Position numbers and translations under genes: made by a program. Under the pieces are notes generated by a model, which searched no databases, had not been told where the DNA came from, and saw nothing but the letters and a program-made list of their open reading frames with translations. This document shows, piece after piece, positions 1 to 12,006 of a stretch of 64,000 nt of DNA. The DNA comes from Chrysomallon squamiferum (lineage: Eukaryota > Animalia > Mollusca), in assembly GCA_012295275.1 (NCBI GenBank), contig CM022678.1, positions 620,001 to 684,000 of the forward strand, in the 5' to 3' direction. Positions within the stretch are counted from its first letter, which is position 1; each line of letters opens with the position of its first letter.

Positions 1-237
1 CAAGTCATTCAGTATGAAATGATAAATTTGAAAACATAAAAGATTTCTTCTGTTGACTGGACAGAGCAGTTGTGTGGTAAGTAATCAAAACTAGTTTAAC
101 ATAAAACAACTAAAGTCTAAATTGAACTGTAAATTCTAAACAAATATTTTCATTTCACTGACTGGATATGAAAAAGAGGCTATCAACATCAGTCAGGATT
201 TCGTCTGTATGTCCGTGTGTATGTGTCAGTCCCAGTT

Positions 238-802
238 TGTGAGATATTAACAGTTACGTTGTGAGATATTAAGAGTCAGGCTGTCAGATACTAACAGTCA
301 GGTTGTGAGATACTAACAGGTTGTTTGATATTAACACAGGTTGTGAGATCCTAACAATCAGATTGTGAGATACTAACACAGGTTGAGAAAAACTAACAGT
401 CAGGTTCTGTGATACTAACACAGGCTGTGTGATACTAAAACAGGCTGTGTGATACTAACACAGGTTGTGTGATACTAAAACAGGTTGTGTGATACTAAAA
501 CAGGCTGTGTGATACTAAAACAGGTTGTGTGATACTAAAACAGGCTGTGTGATACTAAAACAGGTTGAGAGATATTAACAGTCAGGTTGTGTGATACTAA
601 CAGACAGGTTGTATGATACTAACAGACAGGTTGTGTGATACTAACAGACAGGTTGAGAGATACTAACACAGGTTGAGAGATACTAACACAGGTTGTGAGA
701 TACTAACAGACAGGTTGTGTGATACTAACACAGGTTGTGAGATACTAACACTGGTTGAGAGTTACAAACACAGGTTGTGAAATGCTAACAGGTTGTGAGA
801 TA
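238..802. repeat. Minisatellite, 20/24-bp unit (gatactaaca[gt/ga]caggttgtga)
   Basis: Direct tandem copies visible; same family as 6990-7830. Confidence 0.9.
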
Positions 803-916
803 CATGTATGTATGTGTGGATGGATGAATGGATGTATGTATATAAGTACGTGTATGTATGTATGCATGTTTGTATGTTTCTGTGTGTATGGATATATGTA
901 TATATGTGTGTTTAGG

Positions 917-950
<34 letters not shown>

Positions 951-1126
951 TCTGTGTTTATGCATATATGTATATATGTTTATTTAGATATATATGTATG
1001 TATGTATGTATGGATGGATGTATGTATATACGTGTACGTATGCATGTATTTATGTATTATGTATCCCTGTGTATGCATATATGTATATATGTATGTATGT
1101 ATGAATGTATTTATGTATGTATGTAT
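803..1126. repeat. (TATG)n degenerate microsatellite
   Basis: Visible tandem gtat/atgt; explains ORFs 755-1225 and 858-1175. Confidence 0.9.
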
Positions 1127-1292
1127 GACGTCACTACACCTCTGTCTCGATACAGCCAGGTCTCAGTGTTGCTGAGTCTTGATCAGTCTGAATTATCGGT
1201 GTTAAGATGGTCCAAAACCAGTTAAGGGGAGACAATCAAATGCAGCAATGACCTGGACGACCGGCTGCCAACAAAACGAAACAAAGAAAGAA

Positions 1293-1352
<60 letters not shown>

Positions 1353-2318
1353 AAGAAGAAGACATAGATAAATAACAATGAGTAAGAAAGACTTCAGTGG
1401 ATAAACTCTTCACTGATAAAAAAATACATATTTATTTCCGTTGCGATTTCAGCTGTGGACAGTCCATGTAAGAAACGAGGAAAAAAAGATTACATGAGCA
1501 TTGCGTGATATATCCTATTATTCATGAATTAAATATCACTCATGTTTAATCTTGACTATCTGCTCCTAAGACCATTTCGTTCTCGTTTTTATTTTATTTT
1601 TTTATTTTTTTTTTTCTTCTTAATACAATTATAATATGTTGTTTGGAAACAAAACGGAAATAAAATAAATATTCCAAATTTATTTATTTCAGTCACGTAA
1701 GACGATATTTCGAAAGTATTTAGGAAAATAAAGAAACAAACAAAATTTAGAGTTCCTGCCTATTAGTGCTCGATAAATTCAAGTTGAATCTAGTGAATGT
1801 AGGACATAAAACCGAAGAAGAAAACTCACCTGCCAGTCCAAACATGTTTATCCTAATTTGTTTTTTTATTTATTGGATACTTTTATTGTACCTTGCATTT
1901 CTGCTGGTGGATTTTGTTCGGCTCTGGATGTTTTGGATTCGGGGAGGAGGTGTTATTTCCTGTGGAGCATAAGACCGTATCACGTTTCTATTTCGTTCTT
2001 TTTGAAAGAAAACAGAGTAGTCTTCCTTGCCGGATAATTGACAATCGAACAGATGGCGAGGAATTTGGGTCACTTCGATAGTTGACAAGTTTTGAGTTTT
2101 ACTTCCTTTTCTACTGCAGGTAAGGAAAACATACTATATTGTTGTTGTTTTTTTAGTGATGTTGATTCTTTATTTCTTTCACAGTATATATAAAAAAATG
2201 TTTTATTTTATTTTATTTTATTTATAAATCCCAAACACCATAAAAAAAAAAAAAACTTGTTGGCACTATAATCCAGGGGGTATATATAAACCAAAGCAAT
2301 TTAGTTTTTAAATACAGT

Positions 2319-2353
<35 letters not shown>

Positions 2354-2526
2354 AAAACTGTTTTCAAAATGGTCTTTTAAGACCTAAGCCAGTAGTTAAA
2401 CATTAAAGAAGTAACTGTGAACACTGCACGTGTGTGTATGTTATTACATAATTTTTGGAAGTAAAAACATAATAATGGATATACATCATGAAATGCTGTA
2501 TGTTTTGGTTCAGTGCCTAAAAATAA

Positions 2527-5500
2527 ATGTATCTAGTCATCATATCTTGCCTATATGTACTGTCAAAGTTCTTTATATTGCTGACATTGGTGTTCAACTA
2601 ATGTTACAATGGGTTGAGTGATAAAACAAGTTTACTGAGTTAATGAATTACTACATAGTACAAACCTCAACACTGGAACCAAAATACCTCATTTCTTGCC
2701 TGCTCAGTAGTCCTAGCGACTAGTAAAACTATACTGAGTTATAAAAATGTGTTTTGTTTGTTTATTATTGTTGTTTTTTTTTTTTTTTTTTTTTTTGTAT
2801 CATAATGATAATCAAGTATTAACAAATGAATTAATAATAACAATAATTATAGTAACAATAATAGTTTTAGTCACACACATGTCATTTACCTTCTAAGTCT
2901 TAGACAAATTGTAATCCTACATATATGCACATACAATAGATGACCCATAATAAAACAGTACACACAAGCACATTGCCTTTCTCTATAGTTATTTTGATTT
3001 TCTCCCTATCTAGTTCATTTTATTTTCTTGATATCTAGTAATTTTGATTTTCTTCATATCTATGTATTTGGATTTCCTCAGTAGAGAGAAGCTTTGTAAA
3101 AAAACAAAAACAAACAAGAATAAGGTTGTAGTAACAGTTTGACACATTTCCTTTTTATTAAATGAAATTCTGTGTAGGAAAAGATAAAATAATTCACTAG
3201 TAAAACTAAACACACCAACAATTTTGATATGGAAAGACTTCCAAGAGTTTGAGAAAAGAAAATGTTTATTTTATATTTTATGTATTTTATTTCATTTTCT
3301 AAATGAAAATTGACACATGTATTAATAATACATAAAATCTGAAAACATCTGTTTTGTTTTTGTACTGTTGACAGGACTGAAGAGTTGTATGGTCAGTGAC
3401 AGACTACTGGTTTAACTTACAAAAACTAAAATCTAAAGATGGGTTAAAGTGAGTTGTAAGTAAGTAAATGTTTTGAGAGTAATGTATTCATGTGTATATG
3501 TAATTCTGCAGTAAATTTTATAATAAATAACAACAAACAGAGATGAAGAATAATTCAGTAAATTATTTATAAATGTGAATTCATCTCTGTTAAACTTATG
3601 TTTATGTCTCTAAATGACAGCAGAGATTCACTCAGTATTTTATGAAGAGCATGTTTTCACCTGGTTCAGATACAAAATGGTTATACAAATCTATTTGATT
3701 GTCAAACTTGTGAAATCAGGTAATTTTTCCAGTGAGAACAGAGGTGGGCATGTTATCTTATTAAAAATATACTAGCAAATTGTGCTGATCTATAATTTTT
3801 ATTGCATTATATTTGATTCATATAATTTTATTTTGTAAACTAACTAGATCCATGTATATTGATAATAAAATTTTAATATTTTTGCATCAGTTTTCAGTCT
3901 GTTAATGATTTTTGATACTTTGAAAAATGACAGGATTTATTTTTAATTTTATTAATTTTTTTCTTGGCATTTAATTCTTCTTTTTCTAAAATAATACTTC
4001 CGTTAAATAACAGAAAGTCTTTTATAATAATAATTAAAAAAATGTGTTACTTGACAATATTAATTTAAGAAAGGTAAATCAGTATGTAAGTTTTGTACTG
4101 TTCAGTTGACAGGACTGAAGAGTTGTATGGTCAGTGACAGAAAACTGGTTTAACATCCCAACAACTAAAATCTAAAGATGGGTTGAACTGATCTGAAACA
4201 ATTCAAGTAAGTAAATCTTTTATTTGTTTAAATTACATTTACACACAAGCAGAAGCAGAAACAGACAGATAAACACACATACATGTACACATTTCAAATT
4301 CAAGTGAAATAAAAGTGATTGTTAGTAAGAAAAGTAAAATTTAATATTATAAGTGTACAATAAACAGTACAAGACTGATAAAACTTCAGTTGCCAAAACC
4401 AGTCACAAGGTGGGTCCAGGTTTTAATGAAAAAACAAAAATCAATCTTGTTATAGTAATGTTACTTATAATACTTTCTTTAAAATTTCGAACCTTTAGCA
4501 GTTTTGTAACTTTACATAAAATATCTTACAAGTTTTGGAATGAAGAATGTAGCAGATTACTAAAGTCTGCAAAGTATCAGAGTATGTTTATACAAGCAGA
4601 GAAAAAGAGAAACATTATCATCTAATATTTATTTAACAGCTATCACAGACTTGTCATCCTGTTTTGAAATAAAACACAAAGTGATAATGATCTATTCCAA
4701 AACTTCAAAATTTAAGAACTTCTTATAGTACTAAATTCATTACAATATAATTAAATTGAATACAAATAAATATGAGTAAAAAAACCAAAATGAGAACACA
4801 GGAGTATATTATACACCTGGAAAAATGTTTAGCATTCCAGTATTATAAGAATGTTTTTATCACAAATTGTCACATAATTAATCCTATTTGACACTAATAA
4901 CAAATCATTCCAAAGTGTGAAGCTGCAGAGTTTATAAAATAGTTTAAGAAATTGTTTCAGAGAGAAAATGTTATTTTGAGTCTCTATTACATCTGTAGTT
5001 AAAGAGTTAAGTGACAAGTAAACATTCAACTGCCTCCAACATCTGACTTGTCTTTACACTTACATATTGAATTGTCAGATGGTCAACTACTGTCATTCCC
5101 AGTGCTAAGCTGATTCCACTTCCATTCTGTATAAAATGTTGGGTGATAAAACAAATTTACTGTGATAATGAATTACTACATACTACAAACCTCAACACTG
5201 GACCCAAAATACCACAGTACTTGCTTGGTCAATAGTTTTAGAGAGTATTAAAAGTATACTGAGTTATAAACAAGTTTGTTTGAATGTTTCTAAACCAAAT
5301 GAAATTAATAATAACAACAACAGTAATAATTATAATTGTAGTTTCACACACCAGTAAGTTACATTTCTGTGTCTTAGTCAAATTGTAATCCCACACACAT
5401 GTACATAAACTGGATGACCCTGTACTAAAACACTACACAGAAGTGCATTGTGTTTCTCTATAGTTATTTAGTTTTTCTCACTCAAGTTCATTTTACTTTC

Positions 5501-6760
5501 TTCCTATTTAATCATTTGAATTTTTGTGATATCTAAGTATTTTAATTTTTGTCAACAGAAAAAAAAAATGAAATGTATAAAAAAAAGAATGTGTAGTAAA
5601 TGTGACAAATTTCCTGTTTTTTAACTGAAATTCTGTGTAGGAAAAGGTGAAATTATTTCATCAATGAAATTAAACATAACAACAGTTTTGATATGGAAAG
5701 ACTTACAAGATTTCATCCTGTATCTTATAATTACAACTGTTTCAGTTTTTGTTCTTGTTGCTGTTGTTTTACAAAAGAAAATGTTTTTATTGTATCATAA
5801 TTGAATTTATTTATTTTATTTTCTAAATAATTTGAAAAATTCTATATTTTGTTTTGTTCTATTGACAGACTGAAGAATTCTATAATCAGTGACAGAAAAC
5901 TGGTTTAAGATACAGCAGCTAAAATCTAAAGATGGGTTAAACTGAATTGTAAGTAAATGTTTCGAGAATAATGTATTGATGTATATATGTGATTCTGCAG
6001 TCAGTTTTATAATAAAGAACAACACACATGAGTGAGGAGTAATTCAGTAAATTATAAAAGTGAATTCATCTCTATTGTAGTGTTAACTTGTCTCTATACA
6101 AATCTATGATGTGACCGAAACAAGTCTAGTGTTACAAATATACTAGTGTTACAAATATACTAGTAAATACTGCTCATGTATTTTTGTAAAAGTTCATGGT
6201 TCTTTATTGTATTACATCTGATTCATATAATTTTACTTTGTAACTAACCAGATCTATGTTCATTGATAATAAATTAAATAAATAAAATTCTATTTTAGCA
6301 GTTTAATAATTTTTAGGTATTTTGAAAAGTGGCATTTATAATGGATTGAATTTTTAATATTAGTAATTGTTTTTGTTTTTTTCTTGGAAGTTAATTTTTT
6401 TATTTTTTTTTAAACTAATATTTTGGGAAAATGAGACCAATTTTTTGATAATAATAGGAGAAGAAAATATATTACTTGACAATATTAATTTAAAAACAAG
6501 GTAAATCAGTGTGTAAGTTTTGTACTGTTCTGTTGACAGGACAGAAGAGTTGTATGGTCAGTGACAGACAACTGGTTTAAATGGGTTAAACTGAACTGGA
6601 AGTAAGTAAATGTTCTGTTTGATTAAATTAGTTATATTTACATACAAACAGAAGCAGAAACATACACAGTCAAATTAAAGTGTAATAAATGTGACAGTCA
6701 TGAAAAATTAAAACGTTTAATACTATAAGTGTACAATGTAAAGAGAAAGTCTGATGAAAC
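2527..6760 (+). repeat. Local segmental duplication: two diverged tandem copies (~2527-5140, ~5145-6760) homologous to 13783-14570
   Basis: Shared blocks include gtatctagtcatcatatcttgcct (2529 and 13784), aattactacata-tacaaacctcaacactgga (~2647 and ~5171) and attcccagtgctaagctgattccac (~5095 and ~14527). Confidence 0.8.
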
Positions 6761-6989
6761 TTCAGTAAAAACAAGCACTTTAAATAAGATAAATTCGACT
6801 TATTTAACTGAATTCTGATGACATGATTTTACATGTGTTATCGCTACTAAGTGGTTAGAATTAGTTTTTGACTTTTCTTTGTGTGTGCAGACAGACCAAC
6901 GTGTTTTCAGAATGAAGAATGTGTTAAAAGTAAAGCTGATATCCTGAAACCTAAATTAATTGCAATGCAGTCATTTTCATGGACTCTTG

Positions 6990-7830
6990 TTACTAACACA
7001 GGATACTAATACAGGTTGAGAGATACTAAAACAGGTTCAAAGATAATAACACAGGTTGTGAGATACTAACAGACAGGTTGTGAGATACTAACATTCAGGT
7101 TGAGAAATACAAACAGAGGTTTTTTGAAATTAACACAGGTTGAGAAATACTAACACACAGGTTGTGAGATACTAGCAGACACGTTGAGAGATACTAAAAC
7201 ACGTTGTGTGACACAAATTGAGAGATAGTGACACAGGTTGTGTGATACTAAAACAGGTTGAGAGAGACTAACACAGGTTGTGTGATACTAACAGTCAGGT
7301 TGTGATATACTAACAGTCAGGTTCTGTGATACTAACACAGGTTGAGAGATACTAACACAGGTTGTGAGATACTAACACAGGTTGAGAGATACTAACACAG
7401 GTTTAGACATACTAACATAGGTTGAGAAATACCAACAGTCAGGTTGTGTGATACCAACACAGATTGAGAGATAGTGACACAGTCACCAACACAGGTTGAG
7501 TGATACTAACAGACAGGTTGTGATATACTAACACACAGTTTGAGAGATACAGTCAGGTTGTGAGATACTAACACATAGGTTGTGAGATACTAAAAGACAG
7601 GTTTAGAGATACTAACAGTCAGGTTGTGTGATAGTAACAGAGGTTGAGAGATAGTAACAGACAGGTTTAGAGATACTAACAGACAGGTTGTGTGATACTA
7701 ACAGTCAGGTTGTGTGATAGTAACAGAGGTTGAGAGATAGTAACAGACAGGTTTAGAGATACTAACAGACAGGTTGTGTGATACTAACAGTCAGGTTGTG
7801 TGATAGTAACAGAGGTTGAGAGATACTAAC
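6990..7830. repeat. Minisatellite, 20/24-bp unit (gatactaacacaggttgtga)
   Basis: Direct tandem copies; same family as 238-802. Confidence 0.9.
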
Positions 7831-8290
7831 GACAAAGTGGTGCAAGGTCTGTGCATGTCTGATACAAATACTTAATCACTCACTGTATATAGGAGTGTGT
7901 ATGTGTGTGTGTGTTTATATATGTATATAATGTTTTTCAAAATGGAGTATCTTCTCATTAAAATAATTTTTCACTGTGTGTCATGAAAGATTCATGTTAG
8001 TTTATTTTCAAATTCTTGTTTTCATTAAATTGTTATTTTTTGTTAAATTATGTGGTTCTGATCAATCGAGAAATTAAAGCAATCAATAGTACGATATCAA
8101 CTGATTCGTTAAATGTTTGAAAATGAAGAGTTTGTTAATAATATTCAGTTTTGTCTCTCTTTACATTTTAAAATAAACAAGGTCACTGGTCAAGGTGAAT
8201 GCTATTTTACTGTAAGATAATTTTATCGAGATCTAGATGCATTCCACTTTAAAATAATTAACACGAGTTGTTGTTGTTCTTCTTCTTCTT

Positions 8291-8321
<31 letters not shown>

Positions 8322-8600
8322 TTATTATTATTATTATTATTATTATTTTACTGTGAGTACTACATGTATAGAAGCTTAGACAGAGCGCAGGGTAACCATA
8401 GTCATGGCTGAGTTGTTAACAAGGAGAATTTGAAACCAGTATAGTTATATTCATTGTCAAAGAAGGGGAAAATGTTATATGGGTTTGAAGATAATATCGC
8501 TAATACTGCCTGGTTGTGTCTCTGAAACAGTAGGTCGGATTTAATATTTAATGATTAACGTCAAACTACACTTCATAATAATTGTTGTCGTTCTTGTTGC

Positions 8601-8648
<48 letters not shown>

Positions 8649-8684
8649 ATCGAATTGTATCTTTGCACACACAATAAAGATACA

Positions 8685-8737
<53 letters not shown>

Positions 8738-9419
8738 CAATAATAAGAAGAAGAAAGAAAGAAAAAAAGAGAAGTGGTAACCAAGTATAAACACTGTCGA
8801 CGAATGAGCAGTTTGTTCCGTTATAAAATAGTAGATAGATGAATAAAATGTCTACGGAATAACTGATTATTTAAAATACCAAACTGAAATTGGTTTCGTC
8901 ACATATTGAAACTTTGTAATTCAGTCTATTCAGAAAGTTACACGAAATGTAGAACATTTATGATAAGCAATTGGTTAAAAACATTTTGAAGGTTTAGTCA
9001 TCGTTAGTAAAGTAACAGTTTAATTTCTATATATTCGTACAGTTATAATCTAATATACAGTTGTAATTTAAAATGGCTAAAATGGATATTTCTTATAACA
9101 ATTATATTGATTAATTAATATTATTCTTGTTTTTGTCTCTTTAATTTGTGTTTTTTCTTTTTGAAATTATTTTTATTTTTTTTAAACTATTTAATATGGA
9201 GTATCTTCTCGTTAAAATTATTTTTGACAAGAGTCGTGGAAGATGCAAATTAGTTTATGATCGAAGTTCTTTTTTCATTAATGAAATCACTTCGTAAATT
9301 ATAACAGTACGATGTCAAATTACTTTGTAAATGTTTGAGAATGACAAGTTTACCGTTAATACTCAGTTTTGATGTTCTCTAATACACGTAGCGAACGAAG
9401 TAGTTTATATATATATATT

Positions 9420-10490
9420 TGGTCTACCAATATCCATACTTTTTCTTTGACAAATTCACAAATTTAGCATGCTGTTGGGCTCGTTCGTAAAATTAAATAA
9501 TTCCTCTAAACATTCTATTATGTTATTTGTTTCAGTGTCACGCATTAGATAATCAGGGAGTCTCTGTGTGCTGGCGTTATATTCTGTAGACATGCAATCA
9601 AAAGTATCAATGTTAAAATAAGGACACCCTTTAGGTGGTATATAACCCAGAAAACATGAGCTAATACATATTCAAATGTGTTTTGATGTAAACTTGCAGA
9701 AAAATTACTTTTAATAACCAAACATTATGACGCCCGATTTAACAAATGATTTTTCCATTTCTGTTATATATATATATATACTTCTGACATTTCCACATTT
9801 ATCAAGTTCATCAAATTTGATTTCTTCTAAACACAAAATATCATACTGATTAAAGCAGTGAAAAACCTCATGTACATGGAGTTTCGTTTTCAAAGTGCAG
9901 ACATCTAAAAATACGATATTTAGAGTAAGACCTGTTTATTCTGTGTAACAGAGATTGTTCGATACTCAGTCTGTTCTGTTTGACTGACAGCAGCGTCGAT
10001 CCTAGGACTGTCCTAGGAGTGGTCGTCCATAGTGAGGAGTAATTGCGGGCACGCTTGTTTCGATTTACAATATGTGGGCTGCGAATGTTAGATGTGATGT
10101 GTCTAGCTTGTGTTTCAATATCTGGAAACGATCGTTTACCTTCCAATAAAGTTAGTGACCCAGTAATGTGTTACCGAGTTCAAATCTTCTAGTCTCAATA
10201 ACCTTTGCCCACAAACGTTTTCTACTTTCCAGAAACTAGCAACAAAATTCTTCACTGACACCAAAACGAATAATTGGGCGTGGCCTCCTGTAGTTTGCTA
10301 CTGTCCGTGAGACGGTGCACAGGTTCAAGAGAAAAAATATTTTCATTTTTTCATTAAGAAATTTATTTAATACTTGTTCTATATCTTCGTAGTTTGTTTC
10401 CAGAATCAGTTTAAAAATTGACTCAAATAGATTGTGTCTAAATATGTAAAACATTTTCACACAGATCTTCATAATAACGTAAAACATTCT
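9420..10490 (-). mobile_element. Degraded non-LTR retrotransposon (LINE, CR1/L2-like): ORF1 C-terminal part and start of the APE endonuclease
   Basis: Minus-strand translations RRPRPIIRFGVSEEF and LESRKRLWAKVIETRR resemble LINE ORF1. DVCTLKTKL...FNQYDILCLEEIKFDELD and FLGYIPPKG resemble APE motifs (xDIxxLxE, YIPP). Many stops and frameshifts; no RT domain seen. Confidence 0.62.
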
Positions 10491-10627
10491 TGTGAACTAC
10501 AATTATGACAACAAACTATTGCATTTTTCAACAACAAAAAAAACTTCATATCTAGTTAAAAATTAAATTATTTATATTTAAAAGGTAAAAGATGTTGAAA
10601 AGAGTTAACAATACATGCTAATTTCTT

Positions 10628-10795
10628 AAATGCTGTGATACAAAGTCTAGCAGTCAGTGTCTTTGACTAAACAAGAGCAGAGAAAAGAGGTGTGACATTT
10701 TTTATTACAACAGACAACAAAAACAGTTCTGTTTTACATCTAGCAGCTGTTTGTGGATCTTTGTTTGAAATAAAGGTGTTGATGTAAATATTATT
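10628..10795 (+). pseudogene. Collapsed relic of an NTPase-ankyrin paralog
   Basis: 10669-10693 (aaacaagagcagagaaaagaggtgt) is identical to 19036-19060 at the start of the NTPase exon. It is followed by ankyrin fragments TDNKNSSVLHLAA (10710-10748) and KGVDVNI (10772-10792). Confidence 0.75.
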
Positions 10796-11661
10796 AAATT
10801 CCTCTTGATAAAGTTTGAATAATAGATTAAAATTGTTGTTAAAAATTATTTTGAGGAATATATTGGATTTAAATTACATTGAATGACTGTTTTGTATGAA
10901 CGTTGTTTCTTTTGCTTCTCGTGATGTTTCTTTCCTTTGCAAACATTATTTTGTTATTGAAATTTGATTATTATTGTTGTTGTTCTTCTTCTTTATTTAT
11001 TTATGTATTTATTTATTTGTTGTTTGTTATTATTATCAAATAATGTAGAATGTAAATTTGGTAGATGTTAGGTAGTTTGTTTAATTTGTTTCAAAAGATT
11101 TTCTTATGAATGTGAGAAAGAAGTAAATTTAAAATGTTTATTTCTTTCTGTCTTCATTCGAAGCACGATATTATTATCTATTATAATCGTTGGTGTAGTC
11201 CAACCCGCTGTCACGCTCTATTGCTTTCTGACTTCGTAGGTAAACCAGTTTTCAGAAACATGATATATTAGAAATTCAGTGACGTCACAGGGTAACCAGA
11301 GTAACACACTGTATTGAAATAAACAGGTGACCTAGAACGAACTGCAGTTAGAAGTACACAGACAAGTTTAAACATGAGATATCTGCGTGTTAGTCTTGTG
11401 ATATTTATTCAGATTATAGGTAAACAAAATTGTAACAAAAATAAAACACCTCAAAAATAAATAAATAAATAGTAATAATAAAATAAACAAATAAATAAAT
11501 AAATGAATAAATAAAGAAGGAAAGAAAGAAGCAGAAACAACTTGAATTTGCCGGCCATTACTTTTGTTTAAATGTGCATGAAAAGTATACCACAACAAAG
11601 AGTAGCATTTCCCTTTTCCTAAGCACAATTTTGTTTTTGTTCGGATTAAAGTGTGTGATTC

Positions 11662-11703
<42 letters not shown>

Positions 11704-11923
11704 TTCTTGACCTCCTCTTGTTCAAACATAGTAATAGTTTTTGTTCGAGCACTCTGATGTTAGTGATTTCAAGGGAGGTAATTTGTGATCGCGTGTTATG
11801 GATTTTAATCAGTTAATATTTGTTTTCAGCTTATATTTACGTTCTTTCAGTCTGTTAAATAATTACATACGTTTTCATCAAATAATAATGATGATGATGA
11901 CGACGACGACAATGAATATGAAT

Positions 11924-12006
<83 letters not shown>

